The position numbers and the translations under genes were made by a program. Shown here piece by piece: positions 20,982 to 29,712 of a stretch of 64,000 bases of DNA (within the stretch, counting starts at the first letter, position 1; each line of letters starts with the position of its first letter). The stretch is from Planctomycetota bacterium (GTDB lineage: Bacteria > Planctomycetota > B15-G4), in contig CBDFJQ010000002.1 of the NCBI GenBank assembly GCA_965248575.1, positions 2,848,001 to 2,912,000 on the forward strand, read 5' to 3'. A model generated the notes under the pieces. It did no database searches and had not been told where the DNA came from. It saw only the letters and a program-made list of their open reading frames with translations.

Positions 20982-21501
20982 GTCAGCTCAGCTCCTGGTG
21001 TTGGGCGCACAAGTTCATGCGCGTTTCGCGTACAGGGAGCCTAGTTTGCACCAATTGGGGGCCGGCCCGCGAGGGTTGGGTGGGGATGAGCGGCTGTCGC
21101 AGGCGGCGATGGATGGGCGGCTACCCAGGGGGTGGGAGCCGTGGGCTGCGGGAGTCTGGCTGCAAGCCCTTCTTCATGACCTTGCTTGACCGCTGCGAGG
21201 GTCTCCGTCGCGCACGTCATCGCCAGCCCATGACGCGCCTGACCCCGTCCACACCGTTGTTAGACGTCACCTCAACGGATCATGGGTTTCTCAAGCCTGC
21301 AGCCAGACGAGTTGAAAAGAGAGCCGAGCGACAAGGACTCTTCCCCGAAAACGCTGAACTGACTAGAGTGGAAACAGGAAGAGGCGGCGAACGACGTCGA
21401 GCAAAGTGGCTGAGGGCATGCGATTTCATTAGCCCGGTGCATATCAAAGGACACCGCTTGTGAGTCGTTCCAAAATACTGAGCAAACCAAGGAGATCCGC
21501 T

Positions 21502-23451
21502 ATGGATCCAGCGACCATCACCGCTGTAGTTGCCGCAGCAAAAGCTTCGGCATCCCTCGTCAGCGCATTCAAGAAAATGCGGACCGGCCACAAGGGTTAC
21601 GAGATCGTCGTTGATACTTCCGCGCAAGAGCAGGCGCTGTCTCGGCACCTCACATTCGTTTCATCGTGGGCATCCACAACAACTGTTCACGGCTTGACCA
21701 AAGCGCTCAATCGAATGTACGTCTCACTGGAGCTCTACGAAGGAGAGTCCCGGCGATCCTCAACTGAGGAACGAAGGCTGCCCGTTCTTTCACTCCTGGA
21801 AGAAGGCGAAAGTTCAATCATTCTAGGTGGGCCAGGAGCGGGTAAGAGCACCTCCTTGCAGCGACTAGCCAATCACTTGTTGACATGTGAGCCAACTGAA
21901 CGCGAACAAGATCTTCGATTTCCCATAGTCTTACGCGTTCGTGATCTCGACAAAACTGAGTCTATAACCGAGGGAATTCTCTCAGCAGTAGGAATCCGGA
22001 TCTGGCTCGACGTACCAGACGACCTCCGAAACAAAGATACGTTTCGTTCCGAGGAGCAGCGAATCAGGGAATCGGCGCTCTCGAAGTATCTCTCAGAGGC
22101 GAAGCCCCTAGTACTCATTGACGGGTTGGACGAATCCGACGCACACGCAGCTGTGCGTATTGCCCGCGAATCGGACCGCCTCATCAATCAGACCGACACC
22201 ATGTTCATCATGACATGCAGACATGGAGCGTATACGACGAAGATTGACTCGCTCAAGCCGTACAGCATCGAGCGATTCACGAAGACTCAGCTCGAGAGCT
22301 TCGCCAAGAGATGGTGGATAGACGATTCAGATAAGTCCGAGGCCTTCCTCAGCTGCCTTGAAGAGAAACCGTATCGAGGGCTGGCGACTACCCCACTCCA
22401 CGCAACGAACTTCTGCATGCTCTTCGATGCTAACGGCGATCTACCCGAGGAAAACACCCGGGTCTATGAACGCATCGTCGACATTCGGGTTCGAGTCTGG
22501 GATCTCGACAGAGGAATCTCTCGACGCAGCTCAACACCCGGGTTCGACCCAGATCAGAAGAGGCGGTTCCTTTCAAACTTGGCGTTTGAGTTTGTGAAGC
22601 TGGATCATGCTCCAACATTCAGCGTCAACAGGTTCCTTGCAACCTTCGACCGCTTGAAGTCGCGATTTCGACTAGAAAAAGCAGCTCCGCGTGAAATCCT
22701 CAGCGAAATTGAATCGCACACGGGCTTGATCTACCTCAGTGGATTCGAGCAGTACGATTTCATGCACAAGTCGATTCAAGAATTCTTGCTCGGCAAGTAC
22801 CTCGCCAGCATCCCCCTTTTGTCAGAGTATCAAGCATTCCTGCGAAACACTCCGGACGCGTGCGCTTTGGGAACGGTTCTTTCAGAAGACCCCGATTCGT
22901 TCATTGCATGCCTTTGGAAAGCGGTGCCTGGTCCAAGCAGGTCCCGAGAGCCTTGGGCCAGCGTCTTCCTATTCTGGAACCAGTACTTCCTGAGGCTTGT
23001 CGAGGAACACGCCGTTTTTAGAGGAAACAAGATACTTGGACTCGCCATTCTGGGCGTTGTCTCAGACTGCTTCTCCCGCCACAGGCCGGGAACCCCTGAG
23101 TTCAACGATCACGTCCGCACCGCACTGCGTCGACAGAACCAAGAGGAACTCAAGACATCCAAGAAGAAGCCGAAGCACGGTGAGAAGGAAAAACGGATGA
23201 AGGCTGCCCAGGAGCTCGAAGAGGCAGGAACTCAAATCCTCTCGACAGTCCAACGGGCACTTGCTCTTCCAGGAGTTGGTGAGGGCATCTCAGCGATCAT
23301 TGAACGAGCTTTCGAATTGACGGATGAGACGCTCGACGGCTGGGGAACAACATGGGTCAGAATCTCGTCCACTCGAAAGGTGGGAATCTCCGACTCCATT
23401 GGTGAGTTCGCATACCCAGAGGGTCTCTGGGTTCCCACCGAGTGGATCTGA
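21502..23451 (+). CDS. NACHT-family STAND NTPase
   Basis: YVSLEL, Walker A GGPGAGKST, FPIVLRVRD, Walker B LIDGLDE, MTCR, TPL, FMHKSIQEFL. AAGGAG RBS; visibly lower GC. Confidence 0.85.
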   Translation: MDPATITAVVAAAKASASLVSAFKKMRTGHKGYEIVVDTSAQEQALSRHLTFVSSWASTTTVHGLTKALNRMYVSLELYEGESRRSSTEERRLPVLSLLEEGESSIILGGPGAGKSTSLQRLANHLLTCEPTEREQDLRFPIVLRVRDLDKTESITEGILSAVGIRIWLDVPDDLRNKDTFRSEEQRIRESALSKYLSEAKPLVLIDGLDESDAHAAVRIARESDRLINQTDTMFIMTCRHGAYTTKIDSLKPYSIERFTKTQLESFAKRWWIDDSDKSEAFLSCLEEKPYRGLATTPLHATNFCMLFDANGDLPEENTRVYERIVDIRVRVWDLDRGISRRSSTPGFDPDQKRRFLSNLAFEFVKLDHAPTFSVNRFLATFDRLKSRFRLEKAAPREILSEIESHTGLIYLSGFEQYDFMHKSIQEFLLGKYLASIPLLSEYQAFLRNTPDACALGTVLSEDPDSFIACLWKAVPGPSRSREPWASVFLFWNQYFLRLVEEHAVFRGNKILGLAILGVVSDCFSRHRPGTPEFNDHVRTALRRQNQEELKTSKKKPKHGEKEKRMKAAQELEEAGTQILSTVQRALALPGVGEGISAIIERAFELTDETLDGWGTTWVRISSTRKVGISDSIGEFAYPEGLWVPTEWI

Positions 23452-23676
23452 GGAGGGCGGGTTCGGCAGATTGCTTCAGGAGTCGAGCGGGAAGCCATCC
23501 GGTGCCCCCCTTCTGTGTCTCGCCTTTCCAGATCCAGACGGGCGGTTCGTCGGAACAGACGACGGCCGATGCAGACACTTGCCTAGCTGGGATCCACTGG
23601 GGGGGGGAGCAGATTATCTTCAAAATGGCCGAACTCCATGAAATTCGATCGCTTGATATCGAATAACACCACGCAA

Positions 23677-23693
23677 CATATCGTTTTTCAATA
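23677..23693 (+). promoter_or_regulatory. Candidate operator upstream of the DUF2975/HTH pair
   Basis: Imperfect palindrome ATATCG-TTTTT-CAATAT in an AT-rich patch, with a second ATATCG half-site near 23656. Confidence 0.35.
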
Positions 23694-23738
23694 TCCTCCA
23701 AAGCCATCAGAGCCCCATCGCTCCAGGAGCCGCCTGCC

Positions 23739-24371
23739 ATGCCCACCAAGCTCTACATCCGCTTCCTCTACTTCATCTCGCAGATCGCCCTGGTGTTGTA
23801 CGTCGCCAGCTTTCTGGCGATCGCCGTCTGGTACGCCCCGACCCTGGTCGGAATGCAGGACTCGGCACCTTGGGAGCCGCCGGGCATCAGCGTCCCGGTG
23901 GAGGTCTCGGTCCACAAGCCGTCCTGGCGGGTGGAGCCCATGGCCCACGACGGGAGCCCGGCCGAACTCAAGGACTTGAAGGGCGAGCTGCTGATCCATC
24001 CCAGCTCCCCTGAGACCTTCGTGCGCCTGATGCTGCCAGCTCTCGCCACGATGATCATCGGTTTCGTTGGCCTGTGGACCCTGCGCAACATCCTGCGCGA
24101 TGTGCGGCACGGCGACCCGTTCACCCTGGCCAACGTGCGTCGCATCGCGACCCTGGCGATGATGGTCTTGGCAAACGAACTCGCGGGCTTCTTCAGCCCC
24201 CAGTTCCTCGACTCCCTGATGCGCGAGTCGCTGGTGGTGCCTGGCTTGACCCTGGGGTTCAAAGGAGAGGTCAACAGCACGGCGGGCCTCTTCGCCTTCC
24301 TGCTGCTCACCCTCGCCGAGGTCTTCCACCACGGCCTCAGCCTCGAGGAGGATCAGACCCTCACGGTCTGA
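23739..24371 (+). CDS. DUF2975-family membrane protein
   Basis: Several TM helices, GDPFTLANVRRI, LAEVFHHGLSLEEDQTLTV C-terminus. Confidence 0.85.
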   Translation: MPTKLYIRFLYFISQIALVLYVASFLAIAVWYAPTLVGMQDSAPWEPPGISVPVEVSVHKPSWRVEPMAHDGSPAELKDLKGELLIHPSSPETFVRLMLPALATMIIGFVGLWTLRNILRDVRHGDPFTLANVRRIATLAMMVLANELAGFFSPQFLDSLMRESLVVPGLTLGFKGEVNSTAGLFAFLLLTLAEVFHHGLSLEEDQTLTV

Positions 24372-24382
24372 TGCGCCGAGCC

Positions 24383-24598
24383 ATGCCAATCATCGTACGA
24401 CTCGACGTGATGCTCGCGTTGCGCAAACGCAGCCTGTCCGACCTCTCGCAGGAGGTGGGCGTCACCCCCGCCAACCTCTCGATCCTCAAGAACGGGCGCG
24501 CGAAGGCCGTGCGCTTCTCGACTCTGGAAGCGATCTGCGATGCGCTGGATTGCCAGCCGGGGGATCTCTTGGAGTGGGAGGCGGCGGAGGAAGGCTAG
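24383..24598 (+). CDS. Cro/C1-type HTH regulator (YozG-like)
   Basis: MPIIVRLDVMLA...ANLSILKNGRAKAVRFSTLEAICDALDCQPGDLL. Confidence 0.92.
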   Translation: MPIIVRLDVMLALRKRSLSDLSQEVGVTPANLSILKNGRAKAVRFSTLEAICDALDCQPGDLLEWEAAEEG

Positions 24599-24605
24599 GC
24601 GGCCA

Positions 24606-25370
24606 CTACTCGCATTTGCAATTCGCGACTTCCTTGGTGCCCAGCTTCTGCCCGCCTATCTCGATGTCTTCGACATCTTCCTCGATAACACAACTCTTCG
24701 TGCAGGTGTTCACGGTGCACTTGATGCACAAGATCGTATGCATCACGACCAAGGGTGGACCGGTGAGAGTGGTTGTCAGCGTGACTTTGGTGTAGCCCTT
24801 TGGGCACTCGCCTTGCTGATTGGACGAAGCTTGCGACTTGTGACACTCCGGGCCCTTGGGTAGCTGAAGAAGGGGGACCGGAGCGCCCGCCTCGATAAAC
24901 CGCAGAACGAGCGTCGGTACAGGGCCAGGCGGTAGACGGACGAGTCCTGGCACGAACGAGAGCAGTTCCCGGTCCGTGCCACCCCGACGATGTCGAACGA
25001 CCACCCGTTCGAAGGCGCTCATCTCCCAAGCTCGTAAGCGAACAGTCACCGTGGGCGTCACTTCCACAGATTCCAGAACGATGGCCTTCGCAGACCCTGC
25101 GGGAATCCCGGCGACCTCGACCCGCCCCGTTGGTGGAATTCCCGTCGAGGGGGGAAGGTGCAGATCGATGACCCCCGCTGAGACGTGTTCATACCAGACG
25201 TTGTGCAACGCGACATCGACATCGAACCAACGGGGCGAATCCCCCTCGCAAAGGATCACGATGGCGCCAGAGGAAACGGACACGATCGGTGGCACACCTT
25301 CTTCCGGCATGCTTCCCTGGGCAGCACTGGCCACCACCAAGCACATCCCGCTCAAGAGCTTCCTCAACAT
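24606..25370 (-). CDS. Secreted hypothetical protein with an 8-Cys C-terminal domain
   Basis: Signal peptide MLRKLLSGMCLVVASAAQG; ends NCKCE. Confidence 0.6.
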   Translation of the reverse strand: MLRKLLSGMCLVVASAAQGSMPEEGVPPIVSVSSGAIVILCEGDSPRWFDVDVALHNVWYEHVSAGVIDLHLPPSTGIPPTGRVEVAGIPAGSAKAIVLESVEVTPTVTVRLRAWEMSAFERVVVRHRRGGTDRELLSFVPGLVRLPPGPVPTLVLRFIEAGAPVPLLQLPKGPECHKSQASSNQQGECPKGYTKVTLTTTLTGPPLVVMHTILCIKCTVNTCTKSCVIEEDVEDIEIGGQKLGTKEVANCKCE

Positions 25371-25592
25371 CTGGGCCCCCCTTGTCTCTCGCACTCCCCC
25401 CCGGAAGCCATGCGCTGCACCGTGTCGCCCGCAACCACAGAATCCTACGCCTGCACGCGCTGGGGAACGAATGTCCCGAATCTTGGGGCGAAACCTCCCG
25501 CATCGCTTGGGTCGTGCAGCGTCACGAGGAAGTCGGAAGCCCGGACGTGCAGGTCGTTCCCACCGAACTTCTTGATGGTGTTGCCATAGACG

Positions 25593-26099
25593 ATGGCTGA
25601 AGAAACGGACGAATCACCTTGCGGCCGCCTCACGTGGATCGGCCTCCGCCCGCGCAAAGGCGATGCTCCCCGGGCCGTCGACTCTGCCACGGTCGTTGTG
25701 GGCCAGGGCCTCGAAGGGGATCACTTTCGCGGTCTGCCTGGCGGGGCGGGGACGCGACAGGTGACGCTCATCTCGGCCTCCGCCTTGCTCGAAGCTGCGC
25801 ACCTACTCGGGCACGAACATCCCATCGACCCGGGGCTGGCGCGACGCAACCTCGTGCTGGAGGGCTTGGACGTAGCGGGGCTTCGGAATCAGCGCTTTCG
25901 CATCGGTCGCGAAGTCGTCCTGGAAACCACCGGCGGCTGCCCGCCCTGCGACAAGATGGAGGCCAACCTCGGGCCAGGGGGCAAGCTGGCGTTGAGCGGC
26001 CTCGGAGGGATTACCGCGCGGGTGACCTGCGGCGGGAGAGTGCAGCTCGGCGATGCGGTGGAGGTTCTAGGCACACGCGAAGACCCAGGCAGGGCCTGA
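25593..26099 (+). CDS. MOSC domain protein
   Basis: GLEGDH, RQVTLI, RRNLV, CPPCDKME, GGITARV. Confidence 0.9.
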   Translation: MAEETDESPCGRLTWIGLRPRKGDAPRAVDSATVVVGQGLEGDHFRGLPGGAGTRQVTLISASALLEAAHLLGHEHPIDPGLARRNLVLEGLDVAGLRNQRFRIGREVVLETTGGCPPCDKMEANLGPGGKLALSGLGGITARVTCGGRVQLGDAVEVLGTREDPGRA

Positions 26100-26121
26100 G
26101 CCGCGTGCCGACCAAGAGCAC

Positions 26122-26805
26122 CTACCGCCCAGGCAACTGCACCAACCCCCACTCTTCGTACAGCCGCGCATAGTCGTTGTCCGTGGGGTCGGCGATCTCG
26201 AACAGATGCCCGCCCATTGCCAGGATCGCCAGGAACATCACGACGGCCCCTGCCCCGACCGGCACCCAAAAACCCCAGCCCTCCCGCAGGCCGCGCGGCA
26301 GCTTCACGCCCAACACCCCCGCAGCCGTCACCAAGCCGTTGAGCCCGTGATAGAGCCCGCACACGGACAGCAGCAGATAGTAGGGATAGAACATCAACGG
26401 CATCCACCAGAGCGAGAACGCGAGCCCGCCGAACATCGGTGAGGCATCGAAGAAGGCGCCCGACCCGCGCGTGGCGAACACGTGCCCGAGGATGACCAAC
26501 AGCAGGAACCAGCCGCTGTAGCGGTGGAGCCGTGCGCGCAGGGGCTGGGTCGGGCGGCGCAAACCGTTGCGCTTCAACCGCAGCAGCGCGGCGAACAGGT
26601 GCACCACCAAAGGCGTGAACACCAACAACAGTTCAGCGGCAGGGTGCTGGTAGACCTCGCGGGCCGAACGCTGGAAACCGTCGTAGGCCTCGGCGCCTCG
26701 GATCGCGGTCGCCGTGTTCACCAGGTGCACACCCAGGAACGCACTGAAGAGCGCGCCCGACAGGCACTGGATGCGCAGCAGCCGCGTCTCGCTGTCCGGT
26801 GTCAC
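26122..26805 (-). CDS. Multi-TM protein with intramembrane His (cytochrome b558/DUF1691-like)
   Basis: GVHLVNT, PLVVHL, LHRYSG, LGHV, LYHGLNG; 3 bp downstream of the ECF gene. Confidence 0.6.
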   Translation of the reverse strand: MTPDSETRLLRIQCLSGALFSAFLGVHLVNTATAIRGAEAYDGFQRSAREVYQHPAAELLLVFTPLVVHLFAALLRLKRNGLRRPTQPLRARLHRYSGWFLLLVILGHVFATRGSGAFFDASPMFGGLAFSLWWMPLMFYPYYLLLSVCGLYHGLNGLVTAAGVLGVKLPRGLREGWGFWVPVGAGAVVMFLAILAMGGHLFEIADPTDNDYARLYEEWGLVQLPGR

Positions 26806-26808
26806 GTC

Positions 26809-27405
26809 CTATCCCAGGAGGTCTTCGACCCAGGCCATCCCTCGCAGCTTCTCCCGCAAGCGCTGCCAGCGCTTGATGACCGCCGCCTCACTCAGGTCCA
26901 GCCGTGTCGCCGTCTCGGCGCATGTGAGACCCTCCAGCCCGCAGTGGATGAGCAGCTGTCGGTCGTCAACGGACAACTCGCCGACGCGCTGCACACAAGC
27001 GGCCACTGCCTCGTCCTTCCCCAGGCGCACGGACAGCGAGGTCACACCGTCGGGCACATTGGCCAGCGCGAAGAGGCGAGTCGTCGGCCCGCCTTCGGCC
27101 GCCGCGAAGGGCTGGCGTCTCAGCTTGCGGAACCCCTCCAACAACACGTTCTTGGCGATGGTGAAGATCCACGCGCGGAAGCTGCGCGACGTCGGATCAA
27201 AGCGGGGGAAGGCCGAGACCGAACGCATCCAGACCTCCTGCACGAGATCCTGGGGGTCCACGTACAACTGCATCGAGCGCCGGATGCGCAGGTGCGCCCA
27301 CGCACAGAGCGCCGGCGCCACCCGTTCGTAGAGCGCGGCGAAATCCGCCTGATCGCCAGACTGTGCGCCCGCGGCCAGCTGGGCGGTGAGGGGCTCGGTC
27401 GACAT
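26809..27405 (-). CDS. ECF sigma-70 factor
   Basis: DPQDLVQEVW, FRAWIFTIAKN, region 4 EGLTCAETATRLDLSEAAVIKRWQR. Confidence 0.92.
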   Translation of the reverse strand: MSTEPLTAQLAAGAQSGDQADFAALYERVAPALCAWAHLRIRRSMQLYVDPQDLVQEVWMRSVSAFPRFDPTSRSFRAWIFTIAKNVLLEGFRKLRRQPFAAAEGGPTTRLFALANVPDGVTSLSVRLGKDEAVAACVQRVGELSVDDRQLLIHCGLEGLTCAETATRLDLSEAAVIKRWQRLREKLRGMAWVEDLLG

Positions 27406-27541
27406 GCTCGCGGTCACTTTCGATGGGTGGAGAGGTGGGCGGCGGGATGCAGCCTCGACCAGGGCGTGCCGCCCGTCAAGCGCCCCGTGACCTACTGGAG
27501 CGACAGAAGACGCAGGGCGTCCCGATTTTCTTTTCGTGCCC

Positions 27542-27568
27542 TGTCCACCAACCGGCCTCCTTTGTCAC
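27542..27568 (+). promoter_or_regulatory. Candidate ECF promoter TGTCCA-N16-GTCAC (copy 1)
   Basis: Upstream of the kinase; same boxes and spacing as 33215-33241. Confidence 0.55.
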
Positions 27569-27654
27569 TACATCCCTGAAGAGACAGGGCAGCCCGTATG
27601 CTGCCCTTCCCGAAGTCCAGACGCAGGAACCGTGCCAAAGGGAGGCACACAACC

Positions 27655-29712
27655 GTGGATCTCGAACAAAGCTCATCGCTGGTCTTCGATTTCGTCGACC
27701 GTCTGCTGGACGACGTCGAGCGGGGAGAGGTCCGTCCGCTGCATGAATACCTGCCGCGCTACCCGGGCTGCGAAGAGGAGATCTCCAAGGAGTACTTCGC
27801 CCTGCTGAAGGTGCCGGACGAGCAGCCCAGCCCCACCGAGCTGCGCGTCGGACCCTACCGCCTGGTCCGTCAACTGGGGCGCGGTGGGCAGGGCGTCGTC
27901 TGGCTGGCGGAGGACTCACGCTTCGTTCGACAAGTCGCCCTCAAGATGCTCGCGGCGCCGCTGGGCACCATCCCCGAACGACAACGGGAACGCCTGCGTC
28001 GCGAAGCGGAGGTGGTCTCGCGCCTGGATCACCCGGATATCTGCTCCGTCTACGAAGCGGACCTCTCGGGCGAAGTCCCCTATGTGTCCATGCGATTCGT
28101 TCCGGGCGACACCCTGGCCTCGGTGATCGCCGCCTCGGTGACCGACAACTCAGCAAGCAGCAAGCGAGAGCCTGGCGCGACCACAGCTCCGGACATCCAG
28201 CAAACCACCCGGACGTTCGAGCGCATTGCCAGGGCGCTGCACGCAGCCCACGAAGCAGGGGTGGTGCACCGCGACGTCAAGCCCGGCAACATCATGATCA
28301 CCCCCGAGGGTGCACCCGTGCTGCTGGACTTCGGTCTCGCGCGCACTCTCCTGGAGCACGGGGCCGACGAACAGACGGCGCTCACCGCCTCCGGCGAAGT
28401 CTTCGGGACGCTGGCCTACATGGCTCCGGAGCAACACGGGACCGACCCCGAAGCCGCCCGGGATCGGCGCGTCGATGTGTATGCCCTGGGCGTCACCCTC
28501 TACGAAACGCTGACCGGGAAGTGTCCCTTTCATGCGCCCAGTTCGCGGGGGTTGCTGGAGGCAGTGCTGCGCGGCGAGGCTCTCGCTCCGCGTCGTCTGA
28601 ACCCGAACATTCCGCGCGATCTGGAAGCGGTCTGTCTCACGGCCATGGCGCCCGAAAGCGGACGCCGCTACGCCACGGCGGCGGCCTTTGCCGAGGACCT
28701 CCAGGCCGTGCTCGATGGGCGCCCCGTGACGGCGCGGCCCCGCTCCGCCTCGACGCTGCTCATGCGCCGTGCGTCGCGCCATCCGTGGACGACCGGCGCC
28801 ACCGCGGCGCTGGTGCTGATCAGTCTCATCTCGGTAATTCTGGCTCAGGGTTGGCAGGACGAGGTCGTCGCCCGGGAGCAACGCCACGAGCAGCAGACCG
28901 CCGCCCACGCCGCGTTCTTGCGGCTGCGCGATGCCCATCGCGAGGACCGCACGCCAGATCCTGTGGACGAAGCGGTCGTGCAGCGCTTCATTCCCACGGA
29001 CGCCACCCTCGAACGGCAGGTCATCCTGGGCTCACCCCTCTCACGCGATGCGGCTGACCTCTTCGTGCGCTATGCCGCCGATGCCACGCGCGGAACGGCG
29101 GGTGGCCTGCAGGCGCGCTACCCCACGGGCGTCGTGGCCGAACCTGTTCCTCAGTTCACCCTCGCTGGAGAGGCGGCCGAGCTGGATCGACGTCTCAGCA
29201 TCCTGCTCGAACAACCGGGCAGCGGAATGGCCGCCATGACACACGAAGTGACTTGGCCGGCGGGACGCTTGTCCATGAGCTGGCAGCTGCCCATCGCTCC
29301 CCCCCTCGCCCCTGGCTACTGGCGTTGGTCGGTACGCGAGGCCGAGGCCATGGCTGAGGCCGCCCCGCTCGTGTCGGCGGTGTTCCAGGTGGTGGATCTG
29401 GAGGCGCCTCAACAGTTGCTCGCCGATCTGCCGACCCTTGGAAACCGATCACTGGACGCCGAGCTGCGCGTCGTGCACTTGTTGCACGCTGGCTTCGGGC
29501 AGGCCGCTCTCGATGAGCTCGCCAAGCTCCAGCAACTCGAGGCCGGTGCGCCGCAATCTCCGGCGAGCGACGAGGCCACGGATCTCTCGTCCGACGACCG
29601 CGCCCGACGACTGCTGCTCTCCGCCTGGGCCTCGGGGCTGCTCGGTCGCACCGAAACGGTCAACGCCCTGCGAGCCGAGTGGCTGGAACTGCGACGGAGC
29701 GCGCGCCCTTGA
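27655..29712 (+). CDS. Membrane Ser/Thr protein kinase with a DUF928-like C-terminal domain
   Basis: GRGGQG, VALK, HRDVKPGN, DFGLA, YMAPEQ, DVYALG; TM helix near 28786-28855; GGAGG before GTG 27655. Confidence 0.9.
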   Translation: MDLEQSSSLVFDFVDRLLDDVERGEVRPLHEYLPRYPGCEEEISKEYFALLKVPDEQPSPTELRVGPYRLVRQLGRGGQGVVWLAEDSRFVRQVALKMLAAPLGTIPERQRERLRREAEVVSRLDHPDICSVYEADLSGEVPYVSMRFVPGDTLASVIAASVTDNSASSKREPGATTAPDIQQTTRTFERIARALHAAHEAGVVHRDVKPGNIMITPEGAPVLLDFGLARTLLEHGADEQTALTASGEVFGTLAYMAPEQHGTDPEAARDRRVDVYALGVTLYETLTGKCPFHAPSSRGLLEAVLRGEALAPRRLNPNIPRDLEAVCLTAMAPESGRRYATAAAFAEDLQAVLDGRPVTARPRSASTLLMRRASRHPWTTGATAALVLISLISVILAQGWQDEVVAREQRHEQQTAAHAAFLRLRDAHREDRTPDPVDEAVVQRFIPTDATLERQVILGSPLSRDAADLFVRYAADATRGTAGGLQARYPTGVVAEPVPQFTLAGEAAELDRRLSILLEQPGSGMAAMTHEVTWPAGRLSMSWQLPIAPPLAPGYWRWSVREAEAMAEAAPLVSAVFQVVDLEAPQQLLADLPTLGNRSLDAELRVVHLLHAGFGQAALDELAKLQQLEAGAPQSPASDEATDLSSDDRARRLLLSAWASGLLGRTETVNALRAEWLELRRSARP

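Noticed and set aside
27487..27513. Reverse copy of the ECF motif driving the sigma gene
   Set aside because: GTGAC is present but no TGGACA at 16-nt spacing.
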